A stretch of DNA of 64,000 bases, taken from assembly GCF_006345805.1 (NCBI RefSeq), contig NC_042998.1:5828001-5892000 (forward strand), read 5' to 3'. This DNA comes from Octopus sinensis. Its lineage: Eukaryota. This document shows, one piece after another, positions 26,043-39,293 of the stretch; position 1 is the first letter of the stretch; each line of letters starts with the position of its first letter. A model generated the notes under the pieces. It did not search any database. It was not told where the DNA came from and saw only the letters and a list, made by a program, of their open reading frames with translations. The translations under genes were made by a program, and so were the position numbers.

Positions 26043-26256
26043 CTTTTCTACTAAATGCACATGGCATGAAATTTTATAGAGAGGGGACTAGTTGATTATA
26101 TCAACCCCAGTGTTTCACTGGTACTTAATTTACCAACCCATAAAGGATGAAATGCAAAGTCAACCTTGGCAGAATTTGAACTCAGAACATATTTGATAGG
26201 TGAAATACTGCTAAGTATTTTGGCCAGCTTGCTACTGATTCTGCCAGCTCACCACC

Positions 26257-26302
<46 letters not shown>

Positions 26303-26521
26303 CAATAATCCTTTCTACTGGAAGCACAAAGCCTCAAATTTTGGGGAAGGGATTAAGCCAATTACATCGACCCCAGTACATCACCGGTGCTAATTTTATC
26401 AACCCCAAAAAGATGAAAGGCAAAGTCAACCTTGGCGGGATTTGAACTCAGAACATAGCGATGGGCGAAATACTGCTAAGCATTTCACCAAGTGTGCTAA
26501 TGATTCTGGCAGCTCACCGCC

Positions 26522-26555
<34 letters not shown>

Positions 26556-26608
26556 TAATAATAATAATAATAATTATAAAGATAATAATTATAATAATAA
26601 TTATAAAG

Positions 26609-26660
<52 letters not shown>
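25870..26660 (-). mobile_element. Three tandem SINE family B copies separated by (AAT)n
   Basis: Repeated core, each copy followed by gccttaataataat-like sequence. Confidence 0.85.
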
Positions 26661-26661
<1 letters not shown>

Positions 26662-28074
26662 GGCTTATTTCAAAATCTTGACACTTTAATATTTAATGTA
26701 TATTTTATGAAATTTTGTCAGCAGCATTAACAACTAATATTTCCAGATTTTTTCCAAATTCCTTTTAAAGTTCATGCAAATATAATAATGTTCATTTTTC
26801 TATGTTCATTCACCTTTTAGGTTTATATATCTGTAACCTTAGTAGTCGTTGTTGTTGTTGTTGCAAAACCTAATGTACTACCGCTATCCATTTCAGCAAA
26901 TATCTCATATTCTTCAGATATTAATATGAAAGATTCACCAAAACAACAATTTATTTATATATGTATATATATATTTTTTTTAAAGCATGTAAATTTAAGC
27001 GAGGACTTAAATGGAATTTGTGATAGGTTTTTCATTTGATCTTAACAAAACTCTACTAAACAGGTTTTTAGAAGTGGAAAGGAAATTTTCAATGATGCTT
27101 TAGTCAGGCTCTTTACCAATCATTACAAAAGCAACACTTTTTCCATTTGCGGTTTTGCATGTTTTTTATTTATTTTCCTGCTATATTTTATATTCGGATA
27201 TAAAAATACCGTGCAGTAAAATTTAAAAATCTTATATTCATGTGAAAAATAAAGCGATACTCAGTCCCGATGGCATCTTGATCACTTTAGAGCATATTGT
27301 TTGTACAGAAAAACTATGTTCTTGAGCCATCATCAAAGAGCTATTAATTCAATGCTGTATTGATCAGTCACTGAATTCCAAGGGAATCAGTAACCGCTTT
27401 CTATAACAGTTTCTTTATTCAAGCCATTGATAAGTAGATAGGGAAAAAAACAAACAAACGAAAATAAAAACACACAAAAGAAAACCATGTGCATGGCATA
27501 TGTGTATTGTCTACATATGGAGGAGTCTGTCTCCATATGTCTAGTATACACACATACACACACACATATTGTTTTTAGTGTATGATCAAAATGTGTGTGT
27601 AGCTATAGCATATAGTATTTTTTTATATGATGCATACAGCATGTACGTAGTCACACGTGTGAACCGATGTACATTATGCGCATACAACTGACATGTGGAT
27701 ACAAGAGCTTGTGCAAATCGATGGAGAATTTGCTCAGTCAATGGCTGTGTTTTATCTCTGCGTTACTAACATGATGTTATTCAATTGTTAATTGTCGAGA
27801 TAGGAGAATTGATGCAAAGACAAAAGTGCAACATTAGCAATCAAAACACCAACAAACAAAATTCTAAATGTTGCACAAAACAACAAATCCTGGTGAGGAA
27901 AAAAGAGGTCCTTTACTGTGTATTTAGCTCTACTCACTAGTGGGAGATATTTACATTATTTTTTTTACAATTTAACACAGTCTGTGTGTATGCACTCATG
28001 TATTCATATATAAATACAAACCTACACACGTCTGTGTGTGTGTGTGCATATATATGAGTAAATATGTGTGTTTG

Positions 28075-28119
<45 letters not shown>

Positions 28120-28174
28120 ATGCATAATCACATAAACATATATATATATATGTATATATAATGTATCTCTCTCG

Positions 28175-28219
<45 letters not shown>

Positions 28220-28806
28220 ATCTCTCTCTCTCATATATATATATATATAAATATATGTGTGTGCGTGTTTGTGTGTGTGTGCATGTATTAAGTATAGCTG
28301 TCACCTGTAAGGAAATATAACTTGACAGCATACACCCTACTTCTACTAATTGTTTTAGCTGCTTGTGTAGTTATAAGCAAATACATATCCTATTGGGCCT
28401 CCCAGCCTTGAGCTAGCAAAACCTTGAGGAAATGATGGTTGCATGAAGAGAGGACCACACCGGTTACTTGGTGCAGCTCTCTCTTTCTCAAGAGTCAATT
28501 GGAGAAATGTGAAACAGAGTGCATTGCTCAAATATGCATAATACTGTGCAGTCTCAGAATTAAACCTACAACTTTATGATTGTTAGCCCAATGCTATAAG
28601 GTTATGCACCTTGATATCCTGTCAGAAGCCAGGCTGCAGTTGGTACAATGAAGATTTTGACACCAAATAATAAGCGTTTATATGAAGTTAGGAATTTTTG
28701 TGTGTTTTTTTGAATGGCCAATCTGTGTCTTCTATTCTATAATTGTTTTACTTACAACATGTAGTTTCAAATCAAATTGCTTGCTTGCAAGTACATCAGC
28801 AATATA

Positions 28807-28843
<37 letters not shown>

Positions 28844-30385
28844 CTCGAGACATCTGGTGTCTTGTACTCAAGAAGACTTATCCACCACTGCAGAATTGAT
28901 ACTGGTGCTGGTTCCACGTAAATGGGACTGGTGCTGGTGCCACAAAAAGAAAAGCACCAATGGTGGTGCCATGTAAAAGGCACAGGTGCTGGTGTCACAT
29001 AAAAAGCACTGGTGCTGGTGCCATGTAAAAAGTACAGGTGGCACATAAAAAAAGCACCCAGGATACTGTGCAAAGTGGTTAGCATTAGGAAGGGCATCCA
29101 GCCATAGAAACCATCTCAGAAAAGACAACGGAGCTTGGTGTGGTCCCTGGCCTTACCAGCTCTTGTCAAACTGTCCAACCCAGGCTAGCATGGAAAACAG
29201 ACTTATGATGATGATGATATGTGTGTGTATGCGTGTGTATGTGTGTGTGTGTGTATGTATGTGTGTGCTGGAAGAAGAGAGAACTCAATACCATAATTTT
29301 ATGCTGATCAAGTCAATTTTTTGCTACTCCAAGTTCAGGATCTTCAGAAAAGTTTTAACTGAGTCATAACTTGCCTGAAGATCCTGTAAGTAGCCATGTA
29401 AATTCTCCACAAGAAACCTGTTCTGCTCTGGTCTCTCATCTTATACTTTAAACCTTACCTCTTTGCAAAATCCCATCTTAAACAGAGTTTTTTGTCTTGC
29501 AAGCTGCATGGCAACCTTACTAGTGTTGGTGGCATGTAAAAAGCACTCAATATATGCTGCAGAGTGTAAGGAAGGACATCCAGCCCATACCAAATTGTCC
29601 TTGGACCTCTTGGGTCCTGTCAACCATTCAACCCATGCCACCTGGGAGACAGATGTTAAATTTTGATGAGGATATATATATATGAGTGAATGCATGTGTG
29701 TGACTGGGTTCGTGTGTGTGTGTGTGTGTGTGGTTGTGTTAAAATAGAAGCACCCCCTTCGGTCATGAATGACCATGAGATTGCATCTAGAAAGTTCCCC
29801 ACTGAGGTACAAGTCCAGGCAAGGTTGTTTGTGGAAGACCAGCAGTTGCCCATGCATACCAGCCACTGGTATGCATGGGCCTCTCCATACCACTGATGCT
29901 GTCCAAGAAAAATGTAAAGGCTGATACAGCTTGGCATCAGTGATGTTTCAACTCATTTCTACAGTTGATTGAACTGGAACAATGTGAAATAAAGTGTCTT
30001 GCTCAAGAACACAACACACAGCCTGGTCCAGGAATTGAACTCACTACCTCATGATTGTGAGCCTGACATTCTAACCACTGAGTCATGCACCTTCACTATT
30101 AAAATGGATGAGTTAAAAGCAACAAATCACAATATTTATTTATTTATTGCCCGCAGGGGACTAAACATAGAGGGGACAAACAAAGACAGACAAAGGGATT
30201 AAGTCGATTATATTGACCCCAGTGCATAACTGGTACTTATTTAATCGACGCCGAAAGGATGAAAGGTAAAGTTGACCTTGGTGGAATTTGAACTCAGAAC
30301 GCAATGGCAGACGAAATACTGCTAAGGATTTTGCTCAGTATGCTAAAACACATCATTATTAATAATGATATAGAGTATATATATA

Positions 30386-30558
30386 GGCGCAGGAGTGGCT
30401 GTGTGGTAAGTAGCTTGCTAACCAACCACATGGTTCCGGGTTCAATACCACTGTGTGGCATCTTGGGCAAGTGTCTTCTACTATAGCCCCGGGCCGACCA
30501 ATGCCTTGTGTGAGTGGATTTGGTAGATGGAAACTGAAAGAAGCCTGTCGTATATATG

Positions 30559-30593
<35 letters not shown>

Positions 30594-30803
30594 TTGTGTG
30601 TGTGTGTTTCTCTCCCTAGCATTGCTTGACAACCGATGCTGGTGTGTTTACGTCCCCGTCACTTAGCGGTTCGGCAAAAAGAGACCGATAGAATAAGTAC
30701 TGGGCTTACAAAGAATAAGTCTCGGGGTCGATTTGCTCGACTAAAGGCGGTGCTCCAGCATGGCCACAGTCAAATGACTGAAACAAGTTAAAAAGAGAGA
30801 GAG
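30386..30803 (+). mobile_element. SINE family A
   Basis: Match to family. Confidence 0.9.
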
Positions 30804-31479
30804 TAGAACTTAGGTTTATGAATCGCCTCTCATCACAAAATCATATTAGAAACAATATTTTAACATAAAATGCCTCAGGTGATGAACAGAGTCTGAAGCA
30901 ACGAACGCACAGGCCAGCAACATCAGGTGGCAACAAGCTGGGAATATCAGCGGAAGAACATCAGCTGCTGTCTAGCTTTCACTCAGTGCATTTCCTTGCT
31001 TGAATAACACCATGCTTTCTCTTGAATTTCCGATGGGAAAAATAGTTTTGGTTTACAAACATTTTGGGTGACAAACAGCATTCAGGAATGAATTAAATTG
31101 GTAAACGAAGGTTCCACTATACTTGACAAGATACAGCTACAAGATTATTACTTTTGTGTGACATGATATCAATCAGCAAAGAGATGCCAAGTGCTCGTTA
31201 GGATGGTGACATAAAGCCATAATGTATAAGTGCATGTGTGTGTGTGTGTGTGTGACTACTGATTCTCTTAGACTTTAACAGGTGCCAAAATATGTATTGA
31301 AAGAGTCAAAAGTGTCACACTGGGTGAATAAATGAATTGTCAGCCTATTGGCTGAAGAGTTCTTTAATAGCCTTATGCCTGGAGTTGTGATTTTTTTCAT
31401 TGGGGCAGTGAAATTTATTCTTGAAAATGTCTACTTCTTAAATGATCTGATACACACATACATACAATATATCTGTCTG

Positions 31480-31512
<33 letters not shown>

Positions 31513-31521
31513 TTATATATA

Positions 31522-31994
31522 TATCTATAAAATAATATGTACAATTACTCAATAGTCAAGATAAAACTCTGAGTTTCAGATGCCGAAGTGGAAATCCACA
31601 ACACCATCTCTTTGGTTATCTGGCCATCTGAAAAAACGCTATGAAAAAATACCATTATATAAAGGGAAATTACTGTGTTATAATTCTGCTACTTATATAA
31701 ATTAAGATTAAAAGTTCATAGTAAACATGGCTACTCATACGCCTCACATGTGCGCTCGCGGACCCACGTGCGTACTTATACGTCACTATGAAAACGTACA
31801 CATCTTCACTCGCATTTTTCGCCAAATGTATACGCATATATATACAAATTCATACATATAATGGTATTTTTTCATAGCGATTTTCAGATGGCCAGATAAC
31901 CGAAGAGATGGTGTTGTGGATTCCCACTTCGGCATCTGAAACTCAGAGTTTTATCTTGACTATTGAGTAATTGTAACATATTATTTTATAGATA
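31522..31994. mobile_element. Inverted-repeat element (arms about 138 bp), probably Penelope-like
   Basis: Arms 31522-31660 and 31856-31994; hammerhead-like motif in the arms; sits in TA-type microsatellite. Confidence 0.7.
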
Positions 31995-32070
31995 AATTTC
32001 CTCTATTTACATAATATTGAGGTCTCTTTCTTTCTTTTGTTATCTTACCGTTTTTACCAATATATATATA

Positions 32071-32101
<31 letters not shown>

Positions 32102-32692
32102 GCTAGATACCCTCAGCTATAGTGTGATTTAAATTGCATAACAACATGCTTATTAAAGGCATTGAAAATATCATTACTTGGCTTGACTTCACTTTTACAC
32201 ATTGTATGGCTATGTACCGTACAAGTTAGCCGATCTTAAATCCATTCACACTGATACTATATGAAAGATTCGGAGTGGTTTGTTCTATCCAGCCTGATTC
32301 AGAAATTCTGGTAATGTGCAGAGCTTTACACTTAGCATGAATGTTATATAAATAAGAAACTAAAATGACAAGGGAAATGAAGTACACTTCATTTTTGAAG
32401 CTTTGATGAAGCTATAGAGTAATACACAAGCACTCAACTATGAGTGTATTGCATCTAACAGCAGAAACAACTGTAAGCTAATGAACTTCATGACAGAATT
32501 TCTTGTTCTCTTGTCATTTTAATTCTTTATTACTGCTCTGTACTTGACTAACACTTCATTCTGAACCATATGTATACTGAGTTCTAACACCAGGTTATTA
32601 GTATCACTATGATTAAGTGAAATAATAATTTTTCTCTCTCTCTCTCATATATATATATGTTTATATATATATACATACATATATATACATAT

Positions 32693-32923
32693 TTCTTTAT
32701 TACCCACAAGGGGCTAAACATAGAGGGGACAAACAAAGACAGACACAGGTATTAAGTCGATTACATCGACCCCAGTGCGTAAATGGTACTTAATTTATTG
32801 ACCCTGAAAGGATGAAAGGCAAAGTCGACCTTGGCGGAATTTGAACTCACAACATAACGACAGACGAAATACGGCTACGCATTTCGCCCGGCGTCCTAAC
32901 GTTTCTGCCAGCTCGCCGCCTTA
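32693..32923 (-). mobile_element. SINE family B, young full copy
   Basis: CpG-rich match to family. Confidence 0.88.
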
Positions 32924-33634
32924 CATATATATACAGACCCTTCTGCTATCCCTCATGTGTCTATCCACATACTCTCCATGCCCTCACATATCTTCCATAT
33001 GCCCCATCCTGCTACTCCAATTTTTCTCACCAACACTTGCTACAGTCATCTCTTAACATTCCCCCTGACATTGTCATCAAACATCTCCTTCCATACCCCT
33101 CCGTACCATTTATATCCACTCCACTCTATTGTTCCCAGTGGGTAGGTACTAATGCATATCCAGTACCATCTATTTCTCTCTCTCCCCTTCCTCTCTTATA
33201 CCAAACTGCTGAGTTATGGGGATGTAAACAAACCAACTCCAGTCATCAAGCAATGAGAGATGAACTCAAACAAAAATGTACACACACACACACACACAAT
33301 AGACTTCTGCAGTTTTCATCTATCAAATTAATCAACAAGGCACTGGTCAGTTCAGAGAATACCCAAGATGCCTACTGTAGTAGGACTGACCTCAAAACGA
33401 CAAGCTTGTGAAGTGAACTCATTGACAACCCAGCCCTGCCTGTAATTTCACCAGAAACATTTCAAGGAGGAAAACAAAAAAACTGATAGAAAATATCAAA
33501 TGCAGCAGATATTGAACTCAAGATACTGGTTTTCAAAGCAAATCCACTTACCAACAGCATAAATTACAGTAACACTGATGGTTAACAATAATTGTAATAT
33601 ATGTATGGCATTATTGCAGATAAATAGTAATAAC

Positions 33635-33669
<35 letters not shown>

Positions 33670-35774
33670 TAATAATAATAATAATAATAATAATCATAAT
33701 CATAATAATAATGGTTTCTTTAAAAATTAATAATAATATGATGACGACGATGGTGATAAAATGAACAATTTCCTTACTCTAATGTACATTTCTTTGCCTT
33801 CCTCCTATGGAGAAAATATGTAAAGTTTATATATCTCAAACAACTCTGAAAATTAAATTGTTATTTAAGAAATTAAAATGGGTGCCTACTTAAAAAAAAA
33901 AAAGAAAAGAAAAAAAGAAAGTAAATATAAGAAATAGGAATGATGAAATGGTAAAATTAATGCCACATCTCAGGAAAAAGCTATAAAAGAATAAATGCGG
34001 GGAAGGAAGAAAAAAGAACAGGACGATGATAAAGTGCTAGAAATGAGTAGAAATAACATTAAAATAGCTACGAATGCAAGCATCGGTAAAAAAAAAAGAC
34101 TACGATGAAAGTATTGCAAATAAATACATCATCATCATAATCAGCATCATCATGAAACTGATGAACAATGTTTACAGACTTATGCAAATATTCCATTTTA
34201 AATTGGTGAAAATCTTAGCAGATCTTATGATTTTACTTAATTTTCTGGAAGAAATACAGGAAAAATTACAATTTGTATAATTTTTCAAAACATGCAATCT
34301 TTTAGCTCTTAAGGAAACAATAGATTTGGAAATAAAGAGCAGGGAGGAAGGCGAGTAGGAGAGAGAGAAAGGGAGAATGAAAAAGAGTGAGAGAGAGAAA
34401 GGTGGTTAGGTAGATATCTTTCTTGGAAAATTGTAAACAAATCCTGATTATTAAAAGAGACAAAGATTATTGAAGAAATAGAGAAAGTTGTGCCTATATT
34501 AATAGTTTTGTTATCTTCAATTTTGAATTAAGAGAATACGTTAAGAAACTAATATGGAATCAAAAAGAAAGAGAGCGAAAGAAAATAAGAACAACAACAA
34601 TATGAAAATGAATATAATTTGAAGTGAAAATACACACACACAGACCAAGTATTTGAAAACAAAAAGAAAAAGAAACATAAATTAGATAATAAATAAAACC
34701 TAGAAATGTTGCATAGGGTTTTGAAAGAAATAATAAGTATAAAATCCAAATTGAAAAACCGACTCCATTAAAAATCATTAGCAGAGCATCATAACTGCAA
34801 ATCGATGCAGAAAAGAGATAAAATTGTGGTGAACATAGCGAAAAAGGCAACGACAAAACAACTATACCAAGTAAAAAAAAAATAACAATAAAATATAACT
34901 TGATATTGTTATATCATGTTGTGTAACACAACGTTAGCAATCTTCTGGCTGTGGTTTCTAATCTTACTGGGGAAGGAAGAAAGAGACGGAGAGCAAGAGA
35001 CAGAGAAATGTAGAAATAATAATAATAATAATAATAAAGTTCATAGTTATTTCAACTACATGAAATGGATTAATGCAAAGCTCAATAAGAGAATAAAATA
35101 GAATTGCAATAAATAAATAAAATTGAAATAACAAACCCAAAAGACAACTTCTGAAAATCTAAATTCGAAATGGTTCCTTTATATATATATATATATATAT
35201 ATATAAATATATATATATATATTTTTTTTGACTGAAAAAAGAATTTTAGAACAGTTTGTTTGTTCCTTTAAAGCTGTGATTGTGTAATATTTTTTAAACA
35301 TGAGAAAACAGGCACAGCTACCATATGGTTCTTAAAAATTCCTAATTTTTCTGAATGAATGAACTTCATGATAGTTAAATGACCATTCAGCAATAGAATT
35401 CCTTTCTTCAGTTTTCTCTATTAATATTCTGTTAGGGAAAACAGGTGGCAAATGGGCGGAGTCGTTAAACACAGTGGCATTTTATCTGTCTCTATAATCT
35501 GTGTTCAAAATTCCGTCGAGGTCAATTTTGCCTTTCATCTTTTTGGGGTCAATTGAATAAGTACCAATTGAGCACTGGGGTCAGTGTAATTGACTTGCCT
35601 TCTCTCCTGAAGTTCTTGGCCTTGTGTCAAAATTCGACACCAATATTCTGTTAGGGAGGGAAGGAATGAACCTTCTAGAATTCCTGTATTTTAGTGGTTT
35701 TGGCAAAGTGGAGTTGACACAATAAGTACCAATCTTTTAAAACAAGTACTGGAGTAAAATTTGATCAACTAAAT

Positions 35775-36422
35775 CAGAGGTTCTCAACCATTTTCCCCTT
35801 ATGGAAGCCCTTAATTCCTATTTTACTCTACTAGGCCCTCAGAGCCATTCAATGCTTTTTTAAAAAAAATCCTATTATAGTTTTATAATCTATATATATA
35901 TAAAGCTGAAGTTGTCTGTGTATGGCAGGTTTGGTAGCCTTCAACTAACACTATCTCCTCCGAGACCCTGCGGTGCAAGTTGAGCAAAATTGAGAGTATG
36001 ATAGAAGAAGGCTTGCTCTTCCTTCCGTAGAAGAAAAAATTCAAATCGGACCATGTTAACGCCAAAATTTATTTACATCAAAAAGGTGCTTTTTTTTTCT
36101 ATGAAAATCCCTATTTTTTACGATTTTTTGACTGCTGTGTCATCATTTTTTGGTGTATTTCAACCAGAAAAATGTTCACTTAAAGAGAATAACAAGCTAC
36201 ATAATGCAAAATTTTTACTTTTCAAAAATTTCAATTCTAAGAAAACAAGCCAGAGCAACGCTGGGCTATACTGCTAGTTAAATATTATTAGAAATTGTAT
36301 AAAAATGTGTTAAAATATTTTGTGTATTATAGAAGTGTAACCAATTTATTGCCGTTAAATTTTAACAACTAAAATTTATATGGACCTCCAAGGGCCATAT
36401 GAACTCTGGTTGAGAACCACTG
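35775..36422. mobile_element. hAT (Charlie/Buster-type) MITE containing a Helitron
   Basis: TIRs cagaggttctcaacc / ggttgagaaccactg; 8-bp TSD aactaaat / aactaaac. Confidence 0.85.
35889..36277 (+). mobile_element. Non-autonomous Helitron
   Basis: A|TC 5' end, subterminal GC-rich imperfect hairpin gccagagcaacgctgggc, CTAG|T 3' end, no TSD. Confidence 0.78.
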
Positions 36423-37147
36423 AACTAAACCCTTCAAAGTGGTGCCCAGGCATGGCCACTGTCCAATGATTGAAACCAGAATAAAAGAGTTAAACAAAAA
36501 GTAGATATAACTGCCCAAAATCAGAAAAATGGTAAAAAGAATGCAGGTAAAATTGGTGTGGATGATGTGTAGGTCTTACCAGGTGTCAACAAGGTATTTA
36601 AGCATAGCTATGTGCTTAACAAGCTTGCTTCCCAAACATATGGTTCTGGGTTTAGTCCCACTGCATGGCACCTTGGGCGTCTTCCACTGTAGACTAATGT
36701 GGAGCAAAGTTTTGTAAGTGGATTTGGTAGATGGAAACTGAAAGAAGCCTATCATGTATGTATATATGGTGGCTGCCCCCTCGTTATCGAGTATGGTCAT
36801 TGCACGAAGTTTAAACAATGTTGTTATCGTGCAATGCCTGTGCAAGAAGATTTTTGTTTAAAGTGAGGAAAGGCTGTGCACTGAGTCAATCCCACTCACT
36901 AAGCAACAGCAGCCATAATCCGAAAAGAACAAGTCAACATCATCGGTAACCACTGAGCCGCAGGTTTTATGTCGGAGTTATCCCAGTTATCCTCACCAAG
37001 CAAGCTTGGTGGGGTTGCCGGTTTAGTCGCCGATGACCCAACCATGCAACAGGTTGTACTGGGTTACATGTTACCAGTAGCACTTGAAAGTGACCTGACA
37101 TAGTATATATATACATACATATTATATATATATATATATATATATGC

Positions 37148-37775
37148 AATAATAAGTCTCTGAGCGAGGTATAAACAGTAGCTGCACGACATCGTGAAGT
37201 ATATTTGCCACTTAAATGTGGCTAACCCCTAAGGGTGGATGCTTCTGTAGCTTGTAGCCCCATATATATTTGCAATAGGAACCTACTTTTCATCGACAAC
37301 TGGTGATTGTCACAAGCTGATGACGGGTCAATAATCGGAAACTCGAGTCTGTGTGTATCATGTCAGATTGAAGATGGGAAGGATGGCTTCCCTTTGCAAA
37401 TACTGATAGGGCACAGATAGCATGTCAATAGCCAGCTGGAGGAGGTGTCCTCCTGGGGCTACAAGCTACAGAAGCATAAAAGGCGGTGAGTCGGCAGAAA
37501 CAGCACGCTGGGCGAAATGCTTAGTGGTATTTCGTCTGCCATTACATTCTGAGTTCAAATTCCGGCTAGGTCAACTTTGCCTTTCATCCTTTCGGGGTCA
37601 ATAAATAAAGTACCAGTTATGCACTGGGGTCGATATAATCAGCTCAATCCCTTTGTCTGTTCTTGTTTGTCCCCTCTATGTTTAGCCCCTTGTGGGCAAT
37701 AAAGAAATATACAAGCTAGAGTAGCATCCACCCTTAGGGGTTAGCCACATTTAAGTGGCAAATATACTTCACGAT
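37148..37775. mobile_element. Inverted-repeat element with a central minimal hammerhead; right arm split by SINE B (37480-37708)
   Basis: Left arm about 37191-37261; right arm 37455-37477 plus 37710-37775; (TA)n flanks. Confidence 0.7.
37311..37355 (+). ncRNA. Minimal type I hammerhead ribozyme motif
   Basis: CTGATGA-cgg..tcg-GAAAC-tcga-GTC with intact core and palindromic stem III; stem I imperfect. Confidence 0.6.
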
Positions 37776-38379
37776 ATATATATATATATGAGTGAGTGAG
37801 AAGGGTGTTTAACTTTGCATTAAAACTTTTCATGAATTCAAACTATTGTCCAACCATTCTTTTATAACTTCAACATCCATACTGTTTACTGTTATTGTTA
37901 TCTAATTATAATTAATTGCAGAACAAAAATTAAACTTAATCCATTAATGGATTAAATAAAAAGTCTTGATCAACAACTTAGAGCAACAAGAATGATAAGG
38001 AGATTTCAGTTGGTCAACACCAGCATAATAAATAGCAATATAAATGTTAATTACCAATAAAAATGTTAATTTTTGATTTATTATTCTGAAGGAGTTTGAA
38101 GATGAATGACAGAATATTTACTAGTTGGGGTCACAATATGGAAAACAGGTTGAATTTATTATAGATTTCATTTCGGCTGGAACTTTTAGTATCACCTAAT
38201 GGCATATCCCAGTTACACTAGCAAGTTTATTGGGTCATCAGGAGAAAATGTGCACCATTTCAGAACCTATCTCTCAATGGCATCATTGCCTTTCCCACTC
38301 ACTGAAATGAGGCCCCGCTTGCAAGATCAACTGGTTATCAGGTTGCGCTGAATTCAGCCATTGTTTATCATCTCTTTTT

Positions 38380-38680
38380 AACCAAATCCAGTGGCTTGCA
38401 TTTTCCACTAGTTTGGATATCACTCATGGTGGTATTTGCTTTACAGTGAGTTAGGCCTAATGATAACAATAGTTGCCTTAAATTGTGTCCAACGAATCCT
38501 CTACATCCGACTTTGATTGGAAAATGCTCTGCTTTCCAGGTTGCATCTTCACATTCTTCAAGGAGGTTTTCAAAAGGGTCAATCTTTTGAGCTCAAGTGG
38601 CATTCATGTTATCTTCATGAGGAACCATTAACTTGACTAGATTTACCATTTTCTTTCTTTCACACCATATTATAAGGTTA
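38380..38680 (-). mobile_element. Degraded HERO/NeSL-like restriction-like endonuclease fragment
   Basis: IWCERKKMVNLVKLMVPHEDN...LLEECEDATWKAEHFPIKVGCRGFVG resembles ELTVPWEE...IEVGCRGF. Confidence 0.75.
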
Positions 38681-39143
38681 AAGATACCAGCCAGACAGGT
38701 GCCTTCCCTGAGTTAAGGGATTGGCTTGCTAAGGTTCTCCAGTTCCCTGTATGTTGTGGTGCAATGCATACAGTTAAACAGGCTCCTGTTTCCTGTCCAT
38801 ACTTTAATGTTATAAAAAAAAAAAAAACATTCGAGCGAGGTTGTTGCCAGTGCTGCTGGACTGGCTCCTGTGCAGGTGGCACATAAAAAAGCACCATTTG
38901 AGCATGGCCATTGCCAGTGCCGCCTGACTGGCCCTCATGCCGGTGGCACGTAAAAGCACCCACTACACTCTCAGAGTGGTTGGCATTAGGAAGGGCATCC
39001 AGCTGTAGAAACTCTGCCAGATCAGATTAGAGCCTGGTGCAGCCACCTGGTTCGCCAGACCCCGGTCAAATCATTCAACCCATGCTAGCATGGAAAGCGG
39101 ATGTTAAACGATGATGATGATGATGATGATGAATCCACAAAGG

Positions 39144-39293
39144 TTTTTACTTGCCGCTCGCTCTCTCTCTCCTTCGACACTTCCTGTTGAGGCAAAGATA
39201 GTTTTCTAAACATCACTGATTATATTCAGAAAAATATTTAACTTGTCCTCAACAGGAAGTGATGAGGGGAAGAGAGGCAGGGGCAAGTAAAAA
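39144..39293. repeat. About 150-bp imperfect palindrome, MITE-like
   Basis: tttttacttgcc / ggcaagtaaaaa and cacttcctgttgagg / cctcaacaggaagtg. Confidence 0.75.
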
